Shown: positions 1-10,128, counted from the stretch's first letter. The stretch: DNA of 64,000 nucleotides from an uncultured cyanobacterium (GCA_963803805.1 CAWDOD010000003.1:512001-576000), one strand, 5' to 3'. Translations and numbers: made by a program. Notes: generated by a model from the sequence alone, not told the origin.

Positions 1-1
1 A

Positions 2-559
2 AAAGAAGATTTAGTCGCCCAGGAACTACCTCTTAAATTCTTGGAAGTCGATGAAGATCGTAATCGTTTAGTTCTCAGCCATCGTCGCGCTTTGGTAGAA
101 CGGAAGATGAATGGTTTACAAGTAGGGGAAGTAGTTATTGGTTCTGTACGAGGAATCAAACCCTACGGAGCTTTCATCGATATTGGCGGTGTCAGTGGCT
201 TGTTACACATCTCAGAAATATCTCACGATCATATCGATACTCCCCATAGTGTCTTTGGTGTCAATGATGAGTTGAAGGTGATGATTATTGATCTAGATGC
301 AGAAAGGGGAAGAATTTCTCTTTCTACCAAGCAGCTAGAACCAGAACCTGGAGATATGCTCAAAAACCCCAACTTGGTTTTTGAAAAAGCCGAGGAGATG
401 GCAGAAAAATATCGTCAAAAAATGCTTCAAAGTTCAGAACCAGAGCCAGAAGAGGTTGCAGAGCCAGAAGAGGTTGTAGAACCAGAGGTAGTTCTAGATA
501 ATGATTCTGAGTCTGGAGAAAGTTCAACTGAAGAAGCAGTTGTAGCAGTAGAAGAGTAA
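2..559 (+). CDS. rps1: 30S ribosomal protein S1, 3' part (5' end lies outside the window)
   Basis: Frame open from position 2. S1 repeats VRGIKPYGAFIDIGGVSGLLHISEISH and RISLSTKQLE, with an acidic tail. Confidence 0.95.
   Translation, partial: KEDLVAQELPLKFLEVDEDRNRLVLSHRRALVERKMNGLQVGEVVIGSVRGIKPYGAFIDIGGVSGLLHISEISHDHIDTPHSVFGVNDELKVMIIDLDAERGRISLSTKQLEPEPGDMLKNPNLVFEKAEEMAEKYRQKMLQSSEPEPEEVAEPEEVVEPEVVLDNDSESGESSTEEAVVAVEE
443..496 (+). repeat. 18-bp coding tandem repeat (EPEEVA/EPEEVV/EPEVVL) in the S1 tail
   Basis: gagccagaagaggttgca / gagccagaagaggttgta / gaaccagaggtagttcta. Confidence 0.8.
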
Positions 560-651
560 CCATAATTAGCTTTTGAAATATTTCTACAATTAACGAGTAA
601 CGAGTTAAGCTATGTTCTTGGTAACTATTAGAAATATCTAATCTTAAATGT

Positions 652-677
652 GAGGGGGTTTTTCCCTCTTTTTTTTA
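652..677 (+). terminator. Rho-independent terminator after rps1
   Basis: gaggg-ggtttt-tccctc hairpin followed by a T tract. Confidence 0.7.
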
Positions 678-708
678 TGCCTGTAAAATTTAGCAAGAGA
701 AAAGCAAC

Positions 709-1449
709 ATGAGAACTATTCGCTGTCAGGATGTGATATTTACTAACATCAAAGCAATTATCTTTGATAAAGATGGTACTTTGGAAAATTCCCAAAACTT
801 TTTGCGAGAACTAGGACAGAGAAGAGCGCGAATAGTTGATGCTCAAATTCCTGGTATTGGAGAACCCTTACTAATGGCTTTTGGTATTCTGGATGCTCAA
901 CTAGATCCCACAGGTTTAATGGCTGTGGGGAGTCGGAAGGACAATGAAGTTGCTACAGCAGCTTATATTGCAGAAACTGGGAGAGGTTGGTTTGAATCTT
1001 TAGGAATTGCCCGTTCCGCTTTTCAAGAAGCAGAACGCTACCTGAAAAAAAATGCTAATACTTCTCCCCTCTTTACCGGTAGCTTGGAAGTGTTAAAATT
1101 CTTGGCGGAAGCTAATTTGAAGCTAGCAATTCTCTCTGCTGATTCTACTGTTGGAGTCAAAGCTTTTATAGAGAGTCACCAACTTTCTCCTTATATTCAA
1201 CTTGGTATGGGGGTAGAAAAGAGGGGCCAAGCAAGCCAGAATCCTACCCTATTTTTGCAAGCTTGTGATGGTTTAGGAGTAGAAGCAGCCCATACTTTAA
1301 TGATAGGTGATTCAGTAGGAGATATTGAAATGGCAACCAAAGCAGGAGCCGCGGGGACTATTGGTATTTGTTGGGGAGAACCTCAAACTGCTCATTTAGA
1401 AAAAGCTGATGTAGCGATCGCTAGTTTAGATGAGTTAGAAGTTGTTTAA
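709..1449 (+). CDS. HAD-family hydrolase (phosphoglycolate phosphatase-like)
   Basis: Motif I FDKDGTL and motif IV MIGDSVGD. The motif III KP is out of frame (see findings). Confidence 0.85.
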   Translation: MRTIRCQDVIFTNIKAIIFDKDGTLENSQNFLRELGQRRARIVDAQIPGIGEPLLMAFGILDAQLDPTGLMAVGSRKDNEVATAAYIAETGRGWFESLGIARSAFQEAERYLKKNANTSPLFTGSLEVLKFLAEANLKLAILSADSTVGVKAFIESHQLSPYIQLGMGVEKRGQASQNPTLFLQACDGLGVEAAHTLMIGDSVGDIEMATKAGAAGTIGICWGEPQTAHLEKADVAIASLDELEVV

Positions 1450-1585
1450 AACAATTTGGGGCTTACATATCTATCAGTTTGAGTTACAAACCCAAACCTA
1501 ATGATCATAGTAAGTCATAATACTATTACCTTTTCTTTCTCCCATCGCTTCTTTGCAAGACTTTAGCAATTGCTGACTCTCAAAC

Positions 1586-1653
1586 TCATAATCATTCTCA
1601 ATAAAAACTCATAGTTGCAAATAAATCTACTTCAAGATTATTATTGTCAATAA
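1586..1653 (+). promoter_or_regulatory. Fur-box-like sites upstream of furA
   Basis: tcataatcattctcaataa (1587-1605) and gattattattgtcaataa (about 1636-1653) resemble AT-rich GATAATnATTATC/ATTCTCAA Fur boxes. Confidence 0.45.
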
Positions 1654-1676
1654 GTAGAGTTTTCTGAGAAAACATT

Positions 1677-2201
1677 ATGCCTCCATACACAGCCTCTTCT
1701 CTCAAAGCAGAATTAAATTCTCGCGGTTGGCGGATGACACCCCAACGGGAAAAAATTCTGCACTTATTCCAAAACCTTCCTAGAGGCAATCACTTAAGCG
1801 CCGAAGAAGTTTTCAATCTTCTTGACCAAAAAGGTGAACCCATTAGCCTATCAACTATTTATCGTAGCGTTAAATTGATGGCTCGTATGGGTATTTTACG
1901 AGAACTAGAACTAGCTGAAGGACACAAACATTATGAATTAAATCAACCCTATCCTCACCATCACCATCATATGGTTTGCATCCAATGCAATAAAACTACA
2001 GAATTCAAGAATGATTCTATTTTGAAGCAAAGTCTCAAACAGTCTCAAAGAGATGGTTTACAACTAATTGACTGTCAGTTAACAGTAATGACTATTTGCC
2101 CAGAAGCCTTACGCATGGGTTGGCCTTCTGGATTGCCTAGTAGCTGGTCTTGTTCCCGTGCCATTTCCGAAAGCGCCCCCCCCGACTTGGAAAGTGAATA
2201 A
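1677..2201 (+). CDS. fur: Ferric uptake regulator, cyanobacterial FurA type
   Basis: GWRMTPQREKIL, HLSAEE, STIYRSVK, HHHHHMVCIQC, and the C-terminal CPEALRMGWPS typical of FurA. Confidence 0.95.
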   Translation: MPPYTASSLKAELNSRGWRMTPQREKILHLFQNLPRGNHLSAEEVFNLLDQKGEPISLSTIYRSVKLMARMGILRELELAEGHKHYELNQPYPHHHHHMVCIQCNKTTEFKNDSILKQSLKQSQRDGLQLIDCQLTVMTICPEALRMGWPSGLPSSWSCSRAISESAPPDLESE

Positions 2202-2216
2202 GGGCAGTTATTAAAG

Positions 2217-2666
2217 CTACTGAGGTTTGGCAGACATTGCTAACTGGAAACCTAAAGCTTTTTTTTGCATGGTGCGGAAAATATTGTAAAAGCCATTGGC
2301 ACGAGAAGGCGTTAGGCTAACTTTTAAGCCTGTTTCTTCAATAAAATCAGGGGTTACTTGAACAATTTCTTCAGGAGGTAAACCATTTAGCCCTTGTATC
2401 AATAAAGCGACTAAACCCTTGACTAACTGAGCATCAGAATCTCCTTGATACAAGACTTTACCATCTTCTAAGTTAGCTGTAATATAAACCTGGGATACAC
2501 AGCCAGAGACTTTGTTTTCGGGGGTTTTATCTTCTTGGGGCATCTCCTCAAGCTTTTTGGCATACCAAAGAAGTTGTTCGTAACGTTGTTTAGGGTTAGA
2601 ACGTTTTTTGAAACGCTGCACGATACGGTCTAAATTTGCAGGTAAAGATGTTTGAGCAGATGACAT
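2217..2666 (-). CDS. sufE: SufE-family cysteine desulfurase activator
   Basis: NKVSGCVSQVY, GDSDAQLVKGL, SLTPSRANGF. Confidence 0.93.
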   Translation of the reverse strand: MSSAQTSLPANLDRIVQRFKKRSNPKQRYEQLLWYAKKLEEMPQEDKTPENKVSGCVSQVYITANLEDGKVLYQGDSDAQLVKGLVALLIQGLNGLPPEEIVQVTPDFIEETGLKVSLTPSRANGFYNIFRTMQKKALGFQLAMSAKPQ

Positions 2667-2880
2667 AGTTTTACTAATTTACATTAAGAATAATCAATTT
2701 AGATCCTAACAAGAGTTATCCCAGCTTGAAACTGAATTTGTGAATATCAAAGCTTTATCTAGCTTGCTTTTTAACAAAAAACAAGAGTTAATAGCAAACT
2801 TTCTCAATAACTTCTTGAGATACAAGGCAGTCAATTTGTAACCAACTTATATAATGATAAATCTTCAAGGCTCAATGACT

Positions 2881-3948
2881 TCAATCGTCCATTTGCCAGG
2901 GTTCAGTAATAATATTCTCATCAATAATCTTCTTCGGTCGCAAAATTAATACCACTTGCCCCAAAATAGTTAAATCAGGAGCAGTTTCAAACCATTGCAA
3001 CTCAACCTTACCTTCTTTAGTAACAGCAAAATAACTGTTGACATCCCATTGGGTATTTTCCCTATCTACTACCACTAAAACCTGTTCTGGTTTGTTGGGT
3101 AACGATTGTGGTAAATCGTCGCTATTACAGAAAAAGCCCACAGGATCAGCAGCTTTTAGAACTACCTGCCAACCAGGAATAGGAACCAAAGCACTTTTAT
3201 TAGAGGGTTGTACTACTCGGAAAGGTTCAGTTTGTTTTAACTTGGGAATAGCTTGTAAATCTTCTACAGTTATGGGCATCACTCCCGCCACAGAGATAAT
3301 GCGGGGTAACTCTTCTTCTGACTCTAAACGATAAATAGGTAGTAAAGGAGCAGAAAGAGTAGGGACAACGGAAAAATCCCTCAATAGCTTCTCAATTTGC
3401 TCCCTTGCACCTTGGGTATTGGCAAATTTCAATCCCTGGGCAATTAACCGAGAACGATCTTGAAGATCTCTTTTTTGTCTGGCTCGTTTCCAACATTGAT
3501 AAGCGACGGCATCTCCAGCATCACGAGAAAAACCTTCCGGTAGCCGAAATAAGAGGAAAAATTCTTTAACAGCTTTAGCCGCATCCCTAGCTTCATTAAA
3601 ATCTAACTTCTTCTCCATAGCTAATTGCGCCACGGCGCTACGTTGTTCTTGATTGAGGATGCGTAACTCATAAAGAACATCGCTGCGAGGCCCAGTAAGG
3701 TATGACTTCAACTCCTCTGAGGCTCCCCCTTCAACAACGCTATCATAAACCTGAGCAGCAACGATAATTGTATTTTGCTGACTGCCTTGGAAACCTGTTT
3801 CCTCAAAAATCTTCTGGGAATTATAGCCCCCCTGTTGTAACTTCTGACAAGCTTTTCCCCAATCAACCCAATTACCTTCTTTTTGTAATAGAGATCGCAT
3901 CAATTGTTGAGCTTCTTGTTCAGAAAGTTGAGAATGAGGATGGTTCAT
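2881..3948 (-). CDS. raf1: RuBisCO accumulation factor 1
   Basis: KEGNWVDWGKAC, IFEETGF, VAAQVY, DVLYELRIL, and an acidic C-terminal WQMDD. Confidence 0.93.
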   Translation of the reverse strand: MNHPHSQLSEQEAQQLMRSLLQKEGNWVDWGKACQKLQQGGYNSQKIFEETGFQGSQQNTIIVAAQVYDSVVEGGASEELKSYLTGPRSDVLYELRILNQEQRSAVAQLAMEKKLDFNEARDAAKAVKEFFLLFRLPEGFSRDAGDAVAYQCWKRARQKRDLQDRSRLIAQGLKFANTQGAREQIEKLLRDFSVVPTLSAPLLPIYRLESEEELPRIISVAGVMPITVEDLQAIPKLKQTEPFRVVQPSNKSALVPIPGWQVVLKAADPVGFFCNSDDLPQSLPNKPEQVLVVVDRENTQWDVNSYFAVTKEGKVELQWFETAPDLTILGQVVLILRPKKIIDENIITEPWQMDD

Positions 3949-3954
3949 GGTATC

Positions 3955-3973
3955 AAGTCAAAAGTCAAAAGTC
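3955..3973. repeat. Heptamer tandem repeat (aagtcaa)n, STRR-like
   Basis: aagtcaa aagtcaa aagtc just upstream of raf1. Confidence 0.55.
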
Positions 3974-4102
3974 CCTCTTGAAATAATAACTGGTAATAGA
4001 TAAAAGCATCTTTACCTTAAGATTCGAGATACACTAGTAAGGAGCGTCACAGAGCGAGATATGGGCATAAACCCTCTCTATAATAAATTAAGGTTATCCT
4101 AA

Positions 4103-4957
4103 ATGGTCAGTGCAGGAATACAGAAATTAGCGAAAAGACCGATGCCGAAAAGACAGATGAGGCAGAAACAAAGAGTGCAAGACGGCGCACTAGGTCTGGT
4201 ATCAACTCGGAGTTTTCCTGCCATTGTAGGTACGGCTGATATGATGCTCAAATCAGCAGAAGTGTCGTTAGTTGGCTATGAGAAAATTGGTAGCGGTTAC
4301 TGCACTGCTATTGTTCGTGGCAAAACTGCTGATGTGCGTTTAGCAGTGGAAGAAGGGGCCAAGACAGCAGCGAAGTTTGGGCAGTTGATTTCTCAAATTG
4401 TCATACCTCGTCCCATGCCTAACCTAGAAGTTATTTTTCCCATCGATTCTCGCTTACTAGAAATTGCCCGACAGCAAGGTCATAGCAAATTAAGTAACCA
4501 AGCCCTGGGTTTACTAGAAACGAGGGGCTTTCCTGCTCTTGTGGGGGCTGCTGACGCGATGCTGAAAGCCGCAGATGTTCAGCTAGCAGCTTACGAAACC
4601 ATTGGTGATGGTTTATGTACAGCGATTATTAGGGGTTCTGTTTCTAATGTGGCGATCGCAGTGGATGCAGGAATGTATGAAGCAGAGCGCATCGGCGAGC
4701 TTAACTCTGTAATGGTTATTCCTAGACCATTAGAAGAATTAGAACACACCCTACCAATAGCTAGTTGTTGGATAGAGAAAAAAGCCCCCTTACCTTCTTT
4801 GTTACATAGGGTGAAAGAAGAAGAGAAAGAGTTGGTGGAAATTCCTGCTTTAGAAGAGTTATCTATTGCTGAGAAAATTGCTATTCCTAGAGAAACTGAG
4901 TTAGAGAAAGTTCCTCTTCCTAGAAAGATAGATGAACAAAATGAGGTTCAGAAGTAA
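4103..4957 (+). CDS. ccmO: Carboxysome tandem-BMC shell protein CcmO (start may be slightly downstream)
   Basis: Two BMC domains: ALGLVSTRSFPAIVGTADMMLKSA and ALGLLETRGFPALVGAADAMLKAA. Confidence 0.9.
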   Translation: MVSAGIQKLAKRPMPKRQMRQKQRVQDGALGLVSTRSFPAIVGTADMMLKSAEVSLVGYEKIGSGYCTAIVRGKTADVRLAVEEGAKTAAKFGQLISQIVIPRPMPNLEVIFPIDSRLLEIARQQGHSKLSNQALGLLETRGFPALVGAADAMLKAADVQLAAYETIGDGLCTAIIRGSVSNVAIAVDAGMYEAERIGELNSVMVIPRPLEELEHTLPIASCWIEKKAPLPSLLHRVKEEEKELVEIPALEELSIAEKIAIPRETELEKVPLPRKIDEQNEVQK

Positions 4958-5122
4958 GAGAAAAGTAGTTCTACAAGGTTATTTGTCTATTGATCTCTCA
5001 GTACTAACTGAATTTATTGCAATTTTTAGCAATAAAGCCATGGCATAAACATCTATTTTTACGTGTATTTGCAGTCTTTGAAGATTATTACTGATGCTAA
5101 TCAGCCTATCGGCTCTTTCTTC

Positions 5123-6979
5123 TTACTTAATTACTTCCCATTTCGGTCCATTTATAGTTTGTTGTAACTGCCATTTTGGGTAACCAGGAATGGTAATAGA
5201 AAGAATGCCACTGTCTAACTTTTCTTGTACATAGGGGCTATCTAAAACGGGTAAATTCTCTACAACCCTGTGTTTACCATTAATTTCTCCTTTACCAATA
5301 CCGCCTTCCTGGTGGTAAATTAAAGATAAGCGATCGCCTTGAAGACTGGTATAACTTAGCTTACCTAACTCGTTCCAAGAATTATCATCTATCTTAGTTT
5401 GATCCAAAGCTTTTTTTAGGACAGGAAGATCCTCATAATCAGCTACCCTAGCTACTTCAGTAATCCAAGCTGTTTCTTCCCCTTGAGCTACTAAAGCTTG
5501 ATAACCTTGGTACTTTTCTCCTAAATTGGTTAGAGAAAAAACTGTGTCTCCCCAAGGGCGGGCGCAAAGCCAAGTATTTTCTATCTTCCAAATATACCAA
5601 TCTCCGTAGCGTTGGGCTTTGCCGTAACGAAGGGGTAAAACTAATTGGGAACGGTTGGGAACTCCTGCGGCTTGATCTTGGGGATTTAGCCTCAATTGGT
5701 AAATGGTAGTTCCTTTTTCTTGTAAGTATTGATCTCCGGGGCTACTACCTTTGGCTAAGGGGCTAAAATAAGTTCCCCCTAAACTAATCACCGCATTATC
5801 TAACCCCTTGGGATCGCGAACTACTAGTTTATAAGTAGCATACTGAGCATTAATCGTACCTTCTTTATCATAGGAACGTTGCGGGTTGAGTAAAGTACCT
5901 AAACTGTAGTCTGGGGTGACATAAAAAGTTTCTTGAAAATAGTTGCTTTGGTGATAGCTGTAATAACTTGGATGACTAGCTACTACCGAAAATGGTAACG
6001 GGACTTCCTTACGGGCTAACTTGCTTAGTTGTGGAGGGGGGCGATAATCACTCAAAGCAGCAAACAGAGCAACTCTAGTATATTTATCTTTCATAGATTG
6101 AGCTGTGTTTACCTTATCTCCCCACCAAACCCAAGCTAAGGCACTTAACTCGCTTTCATCCCAAGTTCCCCGATCAAAACCCCGACTTTCTACCCCCCCT
6201 GCTGTTCCCCAACTGAGACGTAAAGCGGTGTTGGTGGCATACCAATCCAAAGCTGCTTTAGCTAGTTGTTTTAGTTCAGGAGTTTTCGCAAAATCATAGA
6301 GGTTAAGCAAACCACCAATGGAGTAACCATAATAAGTAGAGGAATGAAACTCTCCTTGCCCAATGGTTAAAAATTTATTCAACTCTGTACGCAACCAAGC
6401 TTCATTAGTAGCAGCTACAGCGGGACGTTCGTTAGGCCAACCGCTACCATCAATTAAAGCCAAACCAGAGATCCTTTGCATAAACATATGATTTTCTGTC
6501 CCCTGTTCATTCCACTCTGTAATACGGGGGGCAGCTAACATACTTTGGTAAGAAGCTTTAACCGACTCAGGCATTGTATCCCTGAACAGGAAGAAAATAC
6601 GAATATCGTAGGGGCTACGAAAATGATATAAGTCCGGTTGCCCTTCTTCTAATTGCAAGAGAATGGGCCAAATTTCTTGGTCGTCATACTTTTTTTCTAA
6701 ACTGAGGCGGGCTAAAATTACCGGAAGCAAGTATTTATGGGGTTCTCGAATATTATTTTCCTGCCACCACTCATTTAATTGTTGTAAATCCTCTGCCGCT
6801 ACTTTTTCAATCAAAGCCTGACTACGTTTTTGTATACCCGTTTCCTGTTCCTTAGCTGTAGATTTAACCTGTTCTAGCTTATAACTGCCAACAAGATTAT
6901 TTTGAAGGGTTTTCTCTTTGGCCGCACAACTAATTAAGGAGAAAAAAGCAATACATAAAATGATTGATTTGTGCTTCAT
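5123..6979 (-). CDS. Hypothetical lipoprotein, possibly a lyase-like alpha/alpha plus beta-sandwich enzyme
   Basis: 618-aa ORF. N-terminal signal with lipobox-like FFSLIS-C, and conserved-looking GTENH and GQGEFHSSTY segments. Confidence 0.6.
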   Translation of the reverse strand: MKHKSIILCIAFFSLISCAAKEKTLQNNLVGSYKLEQVKSTAKEQETGIQKRSQALIEKVAAEDLQQLNEWWQENNIREPHKYLLPVILARLSLEKKYDDQEIWPILLQLEEGQPDLYHFRSPYDIRIFFLFRDTMPESVKASYQSMLAAPRITEWNEQGTENHMFMQRISGLALIDGSGWPNERPAVAATNEAWLRTELNKFLTIGQGEFHSSTYYGYSIGGLLNLYDFAKTPELKQLAKAALDWYATNTALRLSWGTAGGVESRGFDRGTWDESELSALAWVWWGDKVNTAQSMKDKYTRVALFAALSDYRPPPQLSKLARKEVPLPFSVVASHPSYYSYHQSNYFQETFYVTPDYSLGTLLNPQRSYDKEGTINAQYATYKLVVRDPKGLDNAVISLGGTYFSPLAKGSSPGDQYLQEKGTTIYQLRLNPQDQAAGVPNRSQLVLPLRYGKAQRYGDWYIWKIENTWLCARPWGDTVFSLTNLGEKYQGYQALVAQGEETAWITEVARVADYEDLPVLKKALDQTKIDDNSWNELGKLSYTSLQGDRLSLIYHQEGGIGKGEINGKHRVVENLPVLDSPYVQEKLDSGILSITIPGYPKWQLQQTINGPKWEVIK

Positions 6980-7226
6980 GGGCTTATGTGGAGGAAACTA
7001 AGAATGCTGGAAACTATAGAAATGTCTTCTAAGATAGCCCATTGGTAATAAGTTAAGGAATTAAACAAATGCTCAACCCCTAGTGATGAATAGTGTAAAA
7101 CTAGTAACAGAATTAACGAGATTATTACCCAGAGAAGGATTTTTGTGGTGTAATCTTACATAAGTAACTCAACAAGCTGAATCTATCCCCTTTTTTCGTA
7201 CCCTCGCAGACATTTGTACAATTCTC

Positions 7227-8051
7227 TTAACCTCTCACGGGTGCTTTGCTGGCAACATGAACAGCAGAAAGAAAAGAGAGTTGCACGCTATCTCCAAATT
7301 TTTCTAGCTTCTCCCGCAATCCGGCAAAGAGTAACTCTTCCGCTTGTGGCTCTAGTCCCCGATGGGTACTTAAAAGCTTGAGGTAGTCATCAATGCTATA
7401 GGTGACTTCACACGCAGTTTGCTCGACAACCAACTCTTTAAAACAATTAGAGTCTAAAATTTCTTGCTCAAACCCCCTCAAAATCTCCGCTTGAACTTCC
7501 GCACCGTCATATCGGGCAAATGAGGGAGCATAAGCTTGATACACTTCCTCAATCTCTTGGTAAACTTCGTATTTCGGTTCTGGGGTCAGATTCCATAGTA
7601 GAATAAGAAAACCGTTATCACATATTGCCGCTGCTGCCTTGGTATATCTAATTTCTGGTGATATCCAATGGAAGGCATTGGCTCCTAAAACGGCATTGAA
7701 CTGTTCTGCTTCTAGTTCCCACTCCTCAAATGAAGTATTGCAAATTGTAACTTTTGGATATTTATCGCAGTTGTTTTGTGCCAAATGACAAAAATCCTGG
7801 TTTGGCTCAATACACGTCATTGAAAAACCAAATTGAGCAAAAGCCACCGTCGCATTTCCTGGACCGCAACCAATCTCAAGAATCGATGCATCTGGGGAAA
7901 GTTGGGCTAAAGCCACAGACCGATCAATTAGTTCCTTTGGATAGTGCGGTCTTGCATTGTAATAAACATCAGCAACGGGAGAATACCAAGTCCTTCGTTG
8001 TTCCAAATCTATAGAAGCTCTGGCATTTATTTCTTGTCTAAAGTCTTGCAT
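7227..8051 (-). CDS. Class I SAM-dependent methyltransferase
   Basis: ILEIGCGPG motif I, IEP motif II, ANAFHWI. Confidence 0.9.
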   Translation of the reverse strand: MQDFRQEINARASIDLEQRRTWYSPVADVYYNARPHYPKELIDRSVALAQLSPDASILEIGCGPGNATVAFAQFGFSMTCIEPNQDFCHLAQNNCDKYPKVTICNTSFEEWELEAEQFNAVLGANAFHWISPEIRYTKAAAAICDNGFLILLWNLTPEPKYEVYQEIEEVYQAYAPSFARYDGAEVQAEILRGFEQEILDSNCFKELVVEQTACEVTYSIDDYLKLLSTHRGLEPQAEELLFAGLREKLEKFGDSVQLSFLSAVHVASKAPVRG

Positions 8052-8247
8052 AAGCTAGGGCGTGTCAGCTTTTGAGTCCAATTTCGTTTTAGAATCAGCA
8101 AGGGATCTGTCAAAATTTTTATTAAGGTTATTTTGAGTATTTTAACTGATTGACAAAAGGCACTTTATCTTACCTTCTCACGAATAAAGATAGCCTAACG
8201 TATTGAAAGATTTAACATTTACAATTTAGCTTGAAATTTGACATTAT

Positions 8248-10128
8248 TCAATAATAAATTGCTGCACCTTTAACTTGAGGGAGCTTTTTCCTAAACTTAA
8301 AATTGTGACCAGAAAAAACAATTACTTCAAAGTCTCCAGAAAAATTTAATTCTGTTTTGATTCTGGCTTTAAATTGCTCATCATGTAGATAGTTTGCTCC
8401 TCTCCCTTTTACAAACTGGCGGCTAATCCCTAAAATATAGAAGGGCTTGTTAGGAAAATCCTTTACTTGCTTACGAACGAAATGAGCTGTTTTAACTTCT
8501 GGAAAGGTACTTAATTGTTCTGAGAGTTGTCTGATTTCGGCTTCTGGTAAAAGATGAGGTAAAAATTGGTCTTGCTCTGTAATATCGTGTCTTTTCTCAG
8601 CCGCTTTTTTCCAAGCTGCTCCCTCTTCATTAGCTCTGATAATGAGACTTCCAGCTTTTTCTATTTCACCGCTTTGCTGGTAATAACGAGTAAGTAAATG
8701 ACAACCTATTTCCACAAAAGCTGGATCTGATTCAATCGCTTGTTTCAAGTATTCAATACCTTGAAAATCTTGCTGTCCGAAATAAATTCTACCCAATTGA
8801 TAATTAGCGCTTGGATGAGTGCGATCGCTCTCAATAACCTTTTGATAAAGAGGAATTGCTTCATCCTTATTTTGAAGAATCTCTGTTAAATAAGCTAGCT
8901 TGTAAGTTTCTTCTGTCGTTAAATCTCTGACAGTAGCCTTTTGTAACAAGTAAGCAAAATTTTCTTGCTGTTGTTGCGCTTTAAGATTAATCTCTCGCCA
9001 ACTTTGAGCTTCTTCTTCGCCCCATAGCTGATCTAAAGCTGTAGCAAAACTTTCTAAAGCCTCACCTAACAAATAATCAGCACAACTTTCATTCCTTAGT
9101 TGTGATAAACCTTGCCAATTGATTTGATAATTCAACCTTTCGAGACGCTCTTTCAAACAAGGGTGAGTATCTTCGTTATCTGTCTGTTCAGCCAAAGCTA
9201 AGTTAAGAGCAACATTAGCATTTTCGTTAGCTTCTTTCCTTGCTAACTCTTTTAATAACTTAGAAATAGTATCTTGAGGAGGAGCAGATTGCTTTACTGC
9301 TTGACGATAAATTGCTGGCCAAAAAAGTTGCCGTAAAAAATAGTTGGTAATGTGAAGATTAATCAAAGCTTCTGCTTTAGGTTTACTGCCAACATAATGT
9401 GCTGCCCAACTATCAGCTTCATATTCATTCTCTCTAGCTAAAGCAAAACTGTAGGATTGAAAAAAAGGACTATACCAATTGAAAAACCAAGTATAGGGAG
9501 AAAAGATTTTTTGGGAGGATTGCTGATGTTTTTGAGCTAAGGTAGACCAAATTCTACGAAGACGATAAATCCAGTTAGAGAAATGACTATGATTCCCCGA
9601 TAAGTGTGCTAGTTCATGGGCAACAACAGCTTTAAACTGCTCTAAGGAGAGTGCCTGCATTAAGGGTAAACCTAAGATGAGATAGTTTTCTGAGGTTCCA
9701 AAAAAGCCAAACATCGGTCTTTGTAACACCCCTGCATTCATGTTGCTATCTAAAATAATATGCTGAAAATCAGGTGCTTTTAGAGTTTTAGTTAATTCAT
9801 CTACTAAGTTAAACAAGTTGGGAGCTTGTTCTCTAGTTATTGCTATTCCTTTAGGTTTGGGAATGTTAATAACAAACAAACGTAATATATTAAGAGAAAC
9901 CAAGAAAGCTAACCAATTAATTTGATTCGCCATACTAGGTGAGCTAGTAGCAATAACTAACTCTCTTAATCCCCAAAGTAAAGCTAAGATCAAATAAAAA
10001 CTAAGAAGAACATAACCGTAGCCCAAAACCGCTAATAAGCCAACCCGAAATTTATAGTTGCCAGGTTGCTTGGTAAATAGTCTTTCAATTCTTTCTAGTG
10101 AAGGAGTAAACCTTTTTTCCTTTGTCAT
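8248..10128 (-). CDS. M48 (HtpX/Ste24-like) membrane metalloprotease with C-terminal TPRs
   Basis: N-terminal TM helices, HELAH zinc motif, RENEYEAD, THP motif, TPR-like ANYQLGRIY. Confidence 0.88.
   Translation of the reverse strand: MTKEKRFTPSLERIERLFTKQPGNYKFRVGLLAVLGYGYVLLSFYLILALLWGLRELVIATSSPSMANQINWLAFLVSLNILRLFVINIPKPKGIAITREQAPNLFNLVDELTKTLKAPDFQHIILDSNMNAGVLQRPMFGFFGTSENYLILGLPLMQALSLEQFKAVVAHELAHLSGNHSHFSNWIYRLRRIWSTLAQKHQQSSQKIFSPYTWFFNWYSPFFQSYSFALARENEYEADSWAAHYVGSKPKAEALINLHITNYFLRQLFWPAIYRQAVKQSAPPQDTISKLLKELARKEANENANVALNLALAEQTDNEDTHPCLKERLERLNYQINWQGLSQLRNESCADYLLGEALESFATALDQLWGEEEAQSWREINLKAQQQQENFAYLLQKATVRDLTTEETYKLAYLTEILQNKDEAIPLYQKVIESDRTHPSANYQLGRIYFGQQDFQGIEYLKQAIESDPAFVEIGCHLLTRYYQQSGEIEKAGSLIIRANEEGAAWKKAAEKRHDITEQDQFLPHLLPEAEIRQLSEQLSTFPEVKTAHFVRKQVKDFPNKPFYILGISRQFVKGRGANYLHDEQFKARIKTELNFSGDFEVIVFSGHNFKFRKKLPQVKGAAIYY

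Noticed and set aside
2217-2666. sufE as the dedicated sulfur relay for dndCDE
   Set aside because: It is 26 kb away in a housekeeping context, so proximity is uninformative.
8055-8120. tagggcgtgtcagc and agggatctgtcaaaa look like IS ends beside the methyltransferase
   Set aside because: No matching partner IR, target duplication or transposase fragment found.
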